Assembly: GCA_965223545.1 (NCBI GenBank)
Contig: OZ245006.1
Coordinates: 1,760,001-1,824,000 of the forward strand
Reading direction: 5' to 3'
DNA: 64,000 nt
Source: Planctomycetota bacterium
GTDB lineage: Bacteria; Planctomycetota; UBA1135; UBA2386
In this document: positions 17,901 to 25,879 of the stretch, one piece after another
Layout: each line of letters starts with the position of its first letter
Numbering within the stretch: the stretch's first letter is position 1
Notes under the pieces: model-generated
Seen by the model: only the letters and a program-made list of their open reading frames with translations
What the model was told of the DNA's origin: nothing
Database searches by the model: none
Translations under genes and position numbers: made by a program

Positions 17901-18854
17901 CGGCGAGTATCCCGCTGGCAAGCCTGCAACGATCCAACGCTCGCACTGATCGCTCACGGCAGCACCAGACACGCCATTCGCCTGGCGCAGGCGACTGCGG
18001 ACCTGCCGCCCCATGTGCAGTTCAATAGCGGCTACGGGACAATGCGCTGGCTCGAGATGCCGGCACCGCAACTCGCCGGCAAGCGGGAATTGACTGTGCT
18101 ATGGCTCGGTTCATTCAGTCCCGCGCACCGCGGGACTGCATACGGAATCGCCACCTTGTCCCTGCCCTATGCGGGTTCGGATCGCGATGAACGCATCGAG
18201 AAGCCGAGTAACGTCCTCGCGTTCAGTCGCGACCACAGATTCGTGGCCGACAGCGGCTCCGATGAAACCCCGGGCCGGGTCCGGCTGCGCGACGCGAACA
18301 GCGGATACTGCATCGCCGAGTTCCAGGGCAGGTATCGCGGGATCGCGTTCCACCCCGACTCCCAGCGCATCGCCTGCGGCACCGAGGACGGCGGGATCAG
18401 TATCTTCGAAGTACCATCCGGTCGACCACTCGGACACATCGAGTCGGCGCACCACAGCGCGTGCTTGGACGTCGCGTTCTCCCCCGACGGCTCGCGCCTC
18501 GCGAGCGCCGGCAACGACAACCGCCTCCGACTCTGGGACGCCGAGACGCTCGAGCCGCTGCTCGAGTTTCCCGGGCATCGCAGCTACGTGCACAGCGTCG
18601 CGTGGAGCCCGGACGGCACGATGCTCGCGTCAGGGTCCGGTGATCGCGTCGTGCGAGTCTGGGACTCGGTGCCGCGAGAACGGCGTTACCGCCAGTGGTT
18701 GGAGACCCGGGAGCTCGATGTCGAGGTGAGCGCCGAGGTGCGCGCGTGGCACGCGGACGATCCCGAGGGAGTGCTGCCGCGGATTCGCGAGCGATGGGGA
18801 GCCGACGATCGGCGGAGGCTCGCGGCGTTTCGCGTGCTGGCTGGGCTACGCTAG
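14907..18854 (+). CDS. Ser/Thr protein kinase with WD40 repeats and an inserted LamG-like segment
   Basis: GSGGMGTVY, HRDLKPDN, DFGVA, YMSPEQ; TM helix; GWEWAYL; many WD repeats. Confidence 0.95.
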   Translation: MDPKRFARLREVFAEAREMPVERRAGFLDAACGDDAELREEAEGLLAEDARQTGNAVDRALADDAVFTPAPSTRPTQIGRYRILGICGSGGMGTVYEAEQDSPQRRVALKVLQSETPLPDLLSRFRREAEILARLHHPCIAQIFDAGEFDHDGVSRPYLAMEFVDGSPLLSFAARHRLDVRARIEIFLRICDAIQYAHSQGIVHRDLKPDNIFVVESSSGSAATTSPIGQPKVLDFGVARFADADRKMTIATGAGQLLGSVPYMSPEQAVGSERVGTLSDLYSLGVVLFELLTGRLPYSVRNRPLADALYAIRYDEPSRLGNVVPQLRGDLETIVGKTIEKDPDRRYPTVSALAEDLRHYQQNKPIAARAPSTWYQLRKFTQRNRALVGGTVATILAIVTGAVFALMFALRANDNQLRSEREAYRANIGSASALLESDPAHAARVLDGVAEAQRGWEWAYLSSAQSALLLEFGSVVGPRRREEVGDFHSASKPDFALLAERGQVIAPVSAHEFCVWDVWTGTVARTLTAPAAIQRFDASHDGSLLAAALDDGRVVVTDLRSDEARWQTWIEGRGEAITGIRVERRGRCLAFEAAGRLHFGRPGAWHEVDVGPRTFHTPPLFDFSPDGTHLGALAGPMRFFEVASGQPVGPTIESDQGHWAIAFAPDGKRVAAGQYRREIRLFDPQTGDYDVELLGHNVSVTGVAFSDDGSRLVSRSLDETIRVWDLQRAEQIGVFDAPGTTAVDFVDANHILSLTGGRLRLWTLDARRCRELVGHSGHIYNVVFSGSGRLLASTAPWADICVWDPLRARPLRTAPAERRHVIAFDREGSHLLTAWFHWAGNYVTGAPWLVEGAAQAWKPTRFGIEMAARNESVLVVDGADLAFKASGLIAMRTVHGPNTRVFCDGMHIEPNRTIPAPDLGPYPSLRIGGMHPYQFGGAVVELLVFDGALSERSSADLDTYLAERRAGGTGVLPDLSNEGARLFAHFRASADTIACDEERRVSRWQACNDPTLALIAHGSTRHAIRLAQATADLPPHVQFNSGYGTMRWLEMPAPQLAGKRELTVLWLGSFSPAHRGTAYGIATLSLPYAGSDRDERIEKPSNVLAFSRDHRFVADSGSDETPGRVRLRDANSGYCIAEFQGRYRGIAFHPDSQRIACGTEDGGISIFEVPSGRPLGHIESAHHSACLDVAFSPDGSRLASAGNDNRLRLWDAETLEPLLEFPGHRSYVHSVAWSPDGTMLASGSGDRVVRVWDSVPRERRYRQWLETRELDVEVSAEVRAWHADDPEGVLPRIRERWGADDRRRLAAFRVLAGLR

Positions 18855-18942
18855 TTGGCGAGGCCAACGCCGAGGTCGCGTCGTCACTCTGCCGCACCGG
18901 AAGACGTGGCAAAAGGCCACCGGGGCTACGTGACCGCCGACA

Positions 18943-20577
18943 TCAGCGCGAACGACAGAAACAGGACGCCGCAATGGTCACGGTGGCTTTCGACCATGCC
19001 GTCTCGAAGTCGGCGCGAACTGCCGCTGCTTCTTCCTTGGCACCGCGTCTATCCAAGCACTCTGCGAGGCCGTGCAACGACCACGCGTTGCCCGGGTATC
19101 GTTGCAAGTCGTCTCGATAGCACTGCTCCGCCTCGGCGACGTGACCTTCCTGCAGGAGCAGGGCGCCGAGAGCGTGGCGCGTCGGCATCATCCACGGGTT
19201 GGGTTCCGTGTAGCGCAACGCGGACTCTGCGGAGACTGCGGCGCGCAGTGATCTGAATGCCGCCTTCGAGTCTCCATGCTTGAACGAGGTCTCTCCCGCG
19301 AGCATGTGGCGAGCGACTTCCAGGACATCGCGGGCCGGTACGACGTGAATGTGCTGCGTCTCGGGGACCTTCGCCGCCTGAGCTTCGAACGCTGAAGCCT
19401 CGGTTCTCGCCTCGGTGATTCGTCCCGTGTTGGCGAAGGCAATGCCTCGTGCGTAGTGCCAGATCGCAACTGCATAGGGCTGATCGCGACGCGGACGTGG
19501 ACTGCGCAAGATCTCTTGCCACTCGCCGAAGCGCAGGTAGACGTGGAGATTGGTCGTCAGCCAATCCGCGTAGTTCGGATCGCCCCGCAGTGCCCCGGGG
19601 AAGTCTGCCAGCAGCTCGTCGTACTGCGCCAGCGCGTCCTCGTAGCGGCCCTGGAACATCGCCGACCAGATCATGAAGTGGTGGTTGTGAAGGTGATAGC
19701 TGTGGTAGATCCCGGTGGACTCGGACGTGCCGGTCCTCGCGAAGTACTGTCGGTCGAGCCGGGCCGCCTCGGCGTTCACTCGTACCGAGTCGTCGTAGCG
19801 CCCGGTGCGCATGTAGATGTGCGAGGGCATGTGCACCATGTGGCCCACACCGGGCATGAGGCCACCGAGACGGTCGGCCGCCGCCTCGGCCCTCTCGGGC
19901 TCGTGCGAGGCCTCCATGGTGTGGATGTAGAGGTGGTTGGCACCGGGGTGATGGGGGTCGACATCGAGAACCCGCTCGAGAACGGCGATGACCTCTAGCG
20001 TGTCGTGCTTGGGCGTCCCATCGACATGCCACTGATCCCAGGGGTTCAGGTTGAGCAACGAATCGGCATACAAGAAGCCGACCTCGGTGTGGTCAGGGTA
20101 CTTGCGCCAGAGGCGTCTCATGGCCTCGGCGTAGGCCGAGTTGAGTGACGTTCGAGTCTCCGGACGGGGCCATGCGAATCGCGTCGACAGGGCAGCGATC
20201 AGGTCGCGCTCGAGCTGGGTCGCCTGCGGCGCAAGCGCTCGAGCGCGCTCCAGTGCCTGGAACGCACGCTTGCTGTAGTCAGCTCCTTCGTCCCAGAGAT
20301 TGAAGTTGGGTCCGAGAGCGTACGCTTCACCCCAGCGCGCCATGGCACAGTTTGGATCGATGACTGCTGCGGCTCCGAATGCCCTCGCCGCTTCGTCATG
20401 GTTGAAGCCGTGGCACAGAGCAAGCCCCTGGTTGAAGTAGCGCTGTGCCACAGGATCTTGCGTACTGACCTTCAACTCGTACGCGCCCATCCCGTCGAAC
20501 AGCGGGACGTCGCCATGCGTAGAAGGCGCCGCGCAGGAGCCGAGATAGAGGAGGAGTAGCGGGATGCGGTTCTTCAT
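18943..20577 (-). CDS. TPR-containing lipoprotein
   Basis: Lipobox LGSC; AQRYFNQGL..CHGFNHDEA; HPGANHLYIH; GHMVHMPSHIY; C-terminal SCFC. Confidence 0.88.
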   Translation of the reverse strand: MKNRIPLLLLYLGSCAAPSTHGDVPLFDGMGAYELKVSTQDPVAQRYFNQGLALCHGFNHDEAARAFGAAAVIDPNCAMARWGEAYALGPNFNLWDEGADYSKRAFQALERARALAPQATQLERDLIAALSTRFAWPRPETRTSLNSAYAEAMRRLWRKYPDHTEVGFLYADSLLNLNPWDQWHVDGTPKHDTLEVIAVLERVLDVDPHHPGANHLYIHTMEASHEPERAEAAADRLGGLMPGVGHMVHMPSHIYMRTGRYDDSVRVNAEAARLDRQYFARTGTSESTGIYHSYHLHNHHFMIWSAMFQGRYEDALAQYDELLADFPGALRGDPNYADWLTTNLHVYLRFGEWQEILRSPRPRRDQPYAVAIWHYARGIAFANTGRITEARTEASAFEAQAAKVPETQHIHVVPARDVLEVARHMLAGETSFKHGDSKAAFRSLRAAVSAESALRYTEPNPWMMPTRHALGALLLQEGHVAEAEQCYRDDLQRYPGNAWSLHGLAECLDRRGAKEEAAAVRADFETAWSKATVTIAASCFCRSR

Positions 20578-20673
20578 GTCGTGTTCGTCGCGCCCGTCGC
20601 CCAACCCTCAGGCGACGATCGGCCGACATGAAGTTGCCGCGCGCTTCTCGGTTCGCGTCCGAGTTCGAAGAAT

Positions 20674-20767
20674 CTCAGCGCGGCCGGGGCCGCAACCAAA
20701 CACGGAGCATTCCGCGACCCGAGCGTCGGTCGCGGGTCCCGCGGTCGCCGGCGGCCGCGCTGAGCCC
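20674..20767. repeat. Palindromic intergenic repeat, copy 1
   Basis: CTCAGCGCGGCC-NNN-GCCGCAACC ... GGCCGCGCTGAGCCC; second copy at 30026. Confidence 0.7.
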
Positions 20768-20834
20768 AGAGGCACTGCCTCTCCGACCCTCCGACGCCGC
20801 GGCGCCGTTGCCAGGGCAGCGGCGTCGCCTCAGG

Positions 20835-22280
20835 TCAGCCGTCCGCTGGCAGGATGTTCTGGTTGACCCTGAAGAAGTTGTCGGGGTCCCAAGCGGCTTT
20901 GACTCGCCTCAGGCGCTCGTAGTTGTCGACGCCGAGTGAAGCGCGCACCAGCTGCTCTCCTTCCTCGCCGAGTCCGGGGAAGTTGAGATAGGCGCCACCA
21001 CTGCCCGAGAAGGCGTGCATCTCCTGCCAGAGCTCCCGCGTCCAGCTGATGCAGGTCTCGTCCTTGGCCTGGTCCTGCCACCCGGTGTCCAAACTGAACA
21101 AGTACTTCGCGGATCGGTTGCCCAACGCGGTCTCGTGCTCCGCGACTTCCGAGGCCGCGCCATCGAGGTGCCAGATCGCTACCAGGGCCCAGGGATCGGG
21201 TCGGGCGACCGCACGTTCGGCGATGAAGTCCAGAACCTCGTCATCGAAGCGGTCGAGATAAATGGACTTCCAGTAGTTGCGCCGCTCGCCTGGCTGAAAG
21301 AACGGGTCGAGTATCTGCTGCGACTCACACCACGTCATCGGCGCGGTGATGTCGAGGATCGGCTCGTGGAGGTTGCGCAATGGAGCGAGCAACTCGAGCC
21401 CCTCGGCCACGGGGCCCGTCCAGCATCCGCCGATCATGCAGACGGGCTGGTTGCGGGCTTCGGCGGGAAAGGAGTCGGCGTCCGGGATCGTCCACAGATT
21501 GAAGTTGGAAGCCAGTTCTGGTGGCGACTCCTGCATGAAGTCGCGCCATGCCGCCAGGACAGATCGCGCCTTCTCGATCGGATAGGCGATCCCGACGAGC
21601 ACGACCTCTGGGCCCACGGGGTAGAGCTCGAACTCGAACCCGGTCACCACACCGAAGTTGCCGCCGCCTCCGCGCAGCCCCCAGTAGAGATCCTCGTTCT
21701 GGTCCGGAGAGGCGCGCACGACTCGACCGTCCGCGGTCACGACTTCGAAAGTCCTGACGGCGTCGCAGGCCAACCCGAAGCGCCGCCTCAGCCAGCCGTA
21801 GCCTCCACACAGGGTGAGCCCAGCGACTCCGGTTTGCGAAACGACGCCGAGAGGGGCCGCGAGCCCATGGACCTGCGTTTCGCGATCGACGTCTCCCAAC
21901 GTGCAGCCACCGCTGACCCATGCGCGTCGCCGCGCTGGGTCGACGACCACGTTGCGGAAGCGAGAAAGATCGATGACGAGCCCCTGATCCACGAGAGCGT
22001 TGCCGGCGACGTTGTGCCCCCCACCGCGGATCGCCGTGCGCATTCCATGCCGCCGACCGAACTCCACAGCGCGGATCACGTCCGCGACGCCGGTCACCTG
22101 CACGACCACGGTGGGTCGGACGTCGATCGCCCCGTTCCATATCACCCGAGCCGCGTCGTATCCGGGATCCGTTTGGGTGAGGCATGCTCCCCTGTGCGAG
22201 GTTCGCAGATTCTGCAGGTCGATGGGTGCCAGCTCATGCTCGGCGCCCCCATGGTCGCGAAAGGTCAGCTCGTTGCTCAT
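20835..22280 (-). CDS. FAD-linked oxidoreductase (VAO/berberine-bridge-like family)
   Basis: IRGGGHNVAG, GVAGLTLCGG, WGLRGGGGNFGVVT, AYLNF, KAAWDPDNFFRVNQNI. Confidence 0.93.
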   Translation of the reverse strand: MSNELTFRDHGGAEHELAPIDLQNLRTSHRGACLTQTDPGYDAARVIWNGAIDVRPTVVVQVTGVADVIRAVEFGRRHGMRTAIRGGGHNVAGNALVDQGLVIDLSRFRNVVVDPARRRAWVSGGCTLGDVDRETQVHGLAAPLGVVSQTGVAGLTLCGGYGWLRRRFGLACDAVRTFEVVTADGRVVRASPDQNEDLYWGLRGGGGNFGVVTGFEFELYPVGPEVVLVGIAYPIEKARSVLAAWRDFMQESPPELASNFNLWTIPDADSFPAEARNQPVCMIGGCWTGPVAEGLELLAPLRNLHEPILDITAPMTWCESQQILDPFFQPGERRNYWKSIYLDRFDDEVLDFIAERAVARPDPWALVAIWHLDGAASEVAEHETALGNRSAKYLFSLDTGWQDQAKDETCISWTRELWQEMHAFSGSGGAYLNFPGLGEEGEQLVRASLGVDNYERLRRVKAAWDPDNFFRVNQNILPADG

Positions 22281-24394
22281 GGAATGTCGGGTGTCCGCCT
22301 GTCGTCCTCGAGGCCCGCATCGAGCAGGTCCTGGATCAGCTTGCTTCTGACGGCCGGATCCTCGTACGGCTGGGACTCGGCGAAGGCCTCGAGCGAGAAG
22401 TTCGGTTTGAGGCGCCTGATCTCGGCGGTGGCCTGCGCCCCGTCTTTCGTGCGTCCCGTCGATCCACACACGGCGGCCAACACGATGTACGCATCGATGC
22501 TCTCTGCATCGAGTTCGAGGGCGCGCTTGGCCGCTGCCACGGCGTTGTCCATCTGCCCGGTCAGGTAGTAGCTCGTTGCCAGGACCGCTGGGAACAGATG
22601 CGGGGTGAACGGCGAGAGCCGATAGGACATCGCGGCGAACTCGATGCCACGCTGGGGATCGCCGGTGTAGTTGTAGATGTTCCCGAGCAGCGCGTAGATC
22701 CATGGACAACCCGAGCGCCGGGTCAACGCGACCTCCGCCGCTCCGCGCGCAGCCGCGTGCTCGCCACGACGCACGAGCAGGGTGGCACGCAGCATGTAGG
22801 CGAGGCCGCCGGGATCGCCGCGCTCGATCGCCGATGCCGCATACTCGTCGGCCCGGCTCATGGTGCCGGCCAAGTCCTCGGCGAGGCCGTTGATCGTCTC
22901 CGTGTAGTAGGACCAGCCCTGGTGAGTCGGCACCAACCAGGTCCCCGGCTCGATCTCCTCGGCCTCGGCGAGCAGTCGCCTCGCGCGGACCAGGTCGTCT
23001 CTGCGCGGCGAGAACACCAACGGGATCGCCTGGTAGTACAGTTCGCGCGCCCTACGGTCGCGGAACTCGTTCGCCATCACCACGCTGGCTTCGCCGTGTA
23101 GAAGGTTGACGTCGAGCGCGGCCAGAATCTTGGCGTTGACCTCATCCTGCAGTGCGAACAGCTCATCGATGTCGCGGTCGTACCGTTCTGCCCAGACCGG
23201 TTGACCGGTCTCGGCCTCCAGGAGCTGAACGGTCAGACGGACTCGATCGCCGGCGCGGCGCACCGCCCCTTCGAGGATGTGGCGAACACGCAGTTCGGCG
23301 CCGATCGACCGCGGATCTGCCGTGCGGCCGCGGTAGGTCGCCATGGTCGGTGACGCGACCAGGAACAGACCCGACAGCTTGACGAGCTCTGCATGCAGAT
23401 CGAACCAGAGACCGTCGGCGAGGTGCTGATCGTCCGCTTGCCCGCTGAGACTCGCGAACGGGAGGATCGCCACCGATGGCCTCGACGGCAGCGGCATGTC
23501 CACGAGGGGCTCCTGCGGCGCATCCCTCAACGTGTACTCGTGGACTCCTGTCGGGAGGGCGGCAGCATCCTCGGGAGAGTCGAGCTCACGCAGCAGCTGG
23601 CTGATGCTCGGGTAGCGGTCGTCGGGGTCCTTGGGCAGGCATCGACACAGGATGTGCTCGATGATCGGTGCCTCTTCGACCGCGGCGCCTGTGGGAGGGT
23701 GCGGATTGTCGTTCAGAATCGCCGCCATGACCTCCGCAGAGGCTTCGCCTGCGAACGGGCGCCGCCCGGTCGCCATCTCGTAGAGGACGATGCCGAGAGA
23801 GAAGATGTCCGACCGCGCATCGACGGGCCGCCCCTTGAGCTGCTCGGGAGACATGTACGGGATCGTGCCGACAGCGACACCAGACCTGGTGACGCAGCGT
23901 GACGCCTCCGCATCGCCCTCTTCTTGTTTCAGTCTGGCGAGGCCGAAGTCGACCAGCTTCACCTTGCCCGCCGGAGTGACCATGATGTTCGCGGGCTTGA
24001 GGTCCCTGTGGATGACGCCCTTGGCGTGGGCTGCGGCCAGGCCCTCCGCGATGGCTCTGGTGAAGTCCAGCCACTTCTTCGCGGTCATTCCACCCCGTGG
24101 AATGTGCCCGTCCAGCGACCGGCCTTCGACCAAGCCCATGGTCAGGAACTGGCGCCCGTCGTGCTCATCCACCGAGTGCACAGCCACGATGTTCGGATGG
24201 TCGAGGGCCGCGAGCGCCTTGGCCTCCCGCTGAAAGCGATGGAGCAGCTCCGCGTCACTCGCGGTGCTCTCGGGCATCACCTTGAGCGCCACGAGGCGAT
24301 CCAACTTGGTGTCGCGCGCGCGGTAGACCTCGCCCATCGCGCCCTTGCCAAGAGGCTCTTGAATCTCATAGTGAGCCACGCGGGAGCCGATCAC
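22277..24394 (-). CDS. Ser/Thr protein kinase with TolB-like and TPR C-terminus
   Basis: LGKGAMGEVY, HRDLKPAN, DFGLA, GTIPYMSPEQ; PSVAILPF...EGAVRRAGDRVRLTVQL...WAERYDR. Confidence 0.93.
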   Translation of the reverse strand: MIGSRVAHYEIQEPLGKGAMGEVYRARDTKLDRLVALKVMPESTASDAELLHRFQREAKALAALDHPNIVAVHSVDEHDGRQFLTMGLVEGRSLDGHIPRGGMTAKKWLDFTRAIAEGLAAAHAKGVIHRDLKPANIMVTPAGKVKLVDFGLARLKQEEGDAEASRCVTRSGVAVGTIPYMSPEQLKGRPVDARSDIFSLGIVLYEMATGRRPFAGEASAEVMAAILNDNPHPPTGAAVEEAPIIEHILCRCLPKDPDDRYPSISQLLRELDSPEDAAALPTGVHEYTLRDAPQEPLVDMPLPSRPSVAILPFASLSGQADDQHLADGLWFDLHAELVKLSGLFLVASPTMATYRGRTADPRSIGAELRVRHILEGAVRRAGDRVRLTVQLLEAETGQPVWAERYDRDIDELFALQDEVNAKILAALDVNLLHGEASVVMANEFRDRRARELYYQAIPLVFSPRRDDLVRARRLLAEAEEIEPGTWLVPTHQGWSYYTETINGLAEDLAGTMSRADEYAASAIERGDPGGLAYMLRATLLVRRGEHAAARGAAEVALTRRSGCPWIYALLGNIYNYTGDPQRGIEFAAMSYRLSPFTPHLFPAVLATSYYLTGQMDNAVAAAKRALELDAESIDAYIVLAAVCGSTGRTKDGAQATAEIRRLKPNFSLEAFAESQPYEDPAVRSKLIQDLLDAGLEDDRRTPDIP

Positions 24395-24578
24395 GATCGG
24401 TTCCCTCCGCGGGTGAAGCAGAAGGTAGACAGAGTCATCGAAGGCGGGGGCATTTGGCTGGCCGGACACACGGGAGTTGCCGACAGCGCGCATTCTCGCA
24501 CCCAATCTCGAAAACTGGCGATCCGACGGCGATTTTGACCCGCGGCACCCGGCTCCCGAGCTGTCGGATCGGCTGTGA

Positions 24579-25250
24579 CTACTCGAGTAGGCCCATCAGA
24601 CGGTGACACTCGGCGTCGATGTGCGCACCGGCGCATCGCTCGGCCAGGCCCACGGTCTGGCGGAGTGCAGATCGAAACTCGCGCTTGGCCTTGGCCTGCT
24701 CGAGGTGCAGCTCGTGACCGTCGGACTGCCAGAATCGAGCGATCTCCCGGATCGACTTCCCGTTCTCCGCGCGCTCCCGAAGCAGCTCGACTCGCCGCAG
24801 CGCGGCCTCGCCTTGAATCCGAGCGCGCTGCTCCATCGTCGCCATGGCTTCGCGCACGATGGCTCGCGCGTATTCTCGGTCGAAGAGGCGCGAGAGACCC
24901 GACTCATCGGATGCCAAGTCATCGACGTGGCCGAGCTGGATCCTGGCCGTTCTCCGTGCCCGAGTCCGTTCCCAGTGGAGTGCGACGTTTCGCGAGACGC
25001 CGAAGAGGAAAGCGCGAAAGCCAGTGGTGATCCCGTCAGCGCGCTCCAGCGCACCTCCGTTGCGCAGGCACGCCACGAACACCTCTTGGATGGCGTCGTC
25101 GATGTCCTCCGCCATGGGCGTCCCTTTCCACCTCGCTGTCAGGATGGCACGGACAGCCGGCAGGTAGCGCCGGCCGAACTCCTCACGCTGCGCGTCGTCG
25201 CCGTCGGCGGCCGCGCGGATCAGGGTCCAACAGGTCTCCGCGGAAGGCAC
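24579..25250 (-). CDS. ECF sigma-70 factor (ETCWT-type N-terminus)
   Basis: ETCWTLIRAAADGD, DIDDAIQEVF, FRAFLFGVSRN, FDREYA, SIREIA; start approximate. Confidence 0.85.
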   Translation of the reverse strand: MPSAETCWTLIRAAADGDDAQREEFGRRYLPAVRAILTARWKGTPMAEDIDDAIQEVFVACLRNGGALERADGITTGFRAFLFGVSRNVALHWERTRARRTARIQLGHVDDLASDESGLSRLFDREYARAIVREAMATMEQRARIQGEAALRRVELLRERAENGKSIREIARFWQSDGHELHLEQAKAKREFRSALRQTVGLAERCAGAHIDAECHRLMGLLE

Positions 25251-25559
25251 GGAGCGGAGTGTAGCAGGGTTGCGGGGCTGGCCCGGGGACCGAGAAGGGA
25301 CCGAGGAACGCCTGCCGTCGAGGCCGGGAGCCCCTGCTCTCTCGGCGATCTTCGTCCCCGCGGAAATCATTTGCGTAGGAAGCTCCTCGCTCGCCGTGGC
25401 CTCGAGAGTTCTCTTGCACCGGAAATGCTCCAAGACCATCCTAAGTAGATGCGATCTCTGATCTAACGACATCTGGACCGACTTTGGTCTCCCGCGACCC
25501 AGATGATTTGCATTGAAAATATCGGGGGGCGAAGCGCTAGCATGTGGATCCAGGCGCCG

Positions 25560-25843
25560 ACGCACCGCGCAGTGCATTTCAGCAGTGCGACGATGACCGG
25601 CTTCCTCAACGGCTCGAGAAGCGCGGCTTCGTCGAGCGCCCCCGAAGAGAGACGGACCGACGCACGGTAGTGCTGTCGGGCACCGAGATCGGGAACGAGG
25701 CGCTCGCACGTGCTCCATCCCTGTTGCGGGACCGGTCCCGCCAAGAGCGGGCCGACCTGGAGACGTGGGAGCAAATGATGATGCAGCCGCAGCAGCCGAT
25801 CGACCCCCGCGCACACGTCGACCCGACGACCCCTCCCGCCTGA
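25560..25843 (+). pseudogene. Degenerate MarR-family regulator (EctR/CosR-like) remnant
   Basis: VHFSSATMTGFL, then frameshift near 25608 to RLEKRGFVER.R.ETDRRTV...APSLLRDR...LETWEQ; 5' part missing. Confidence 0.65.
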
Positions 25844-25879
25844 ACTGACCACCGAACGCCGGCTGACCAAATCAACACC

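Noticed and set aside
20792..20829. GC hairpin CGACGCCGC...GCGGCGTCG after the FAD oxidase
   Set aside because: No U-tract on either strand, so not called as an intrinsic terminator
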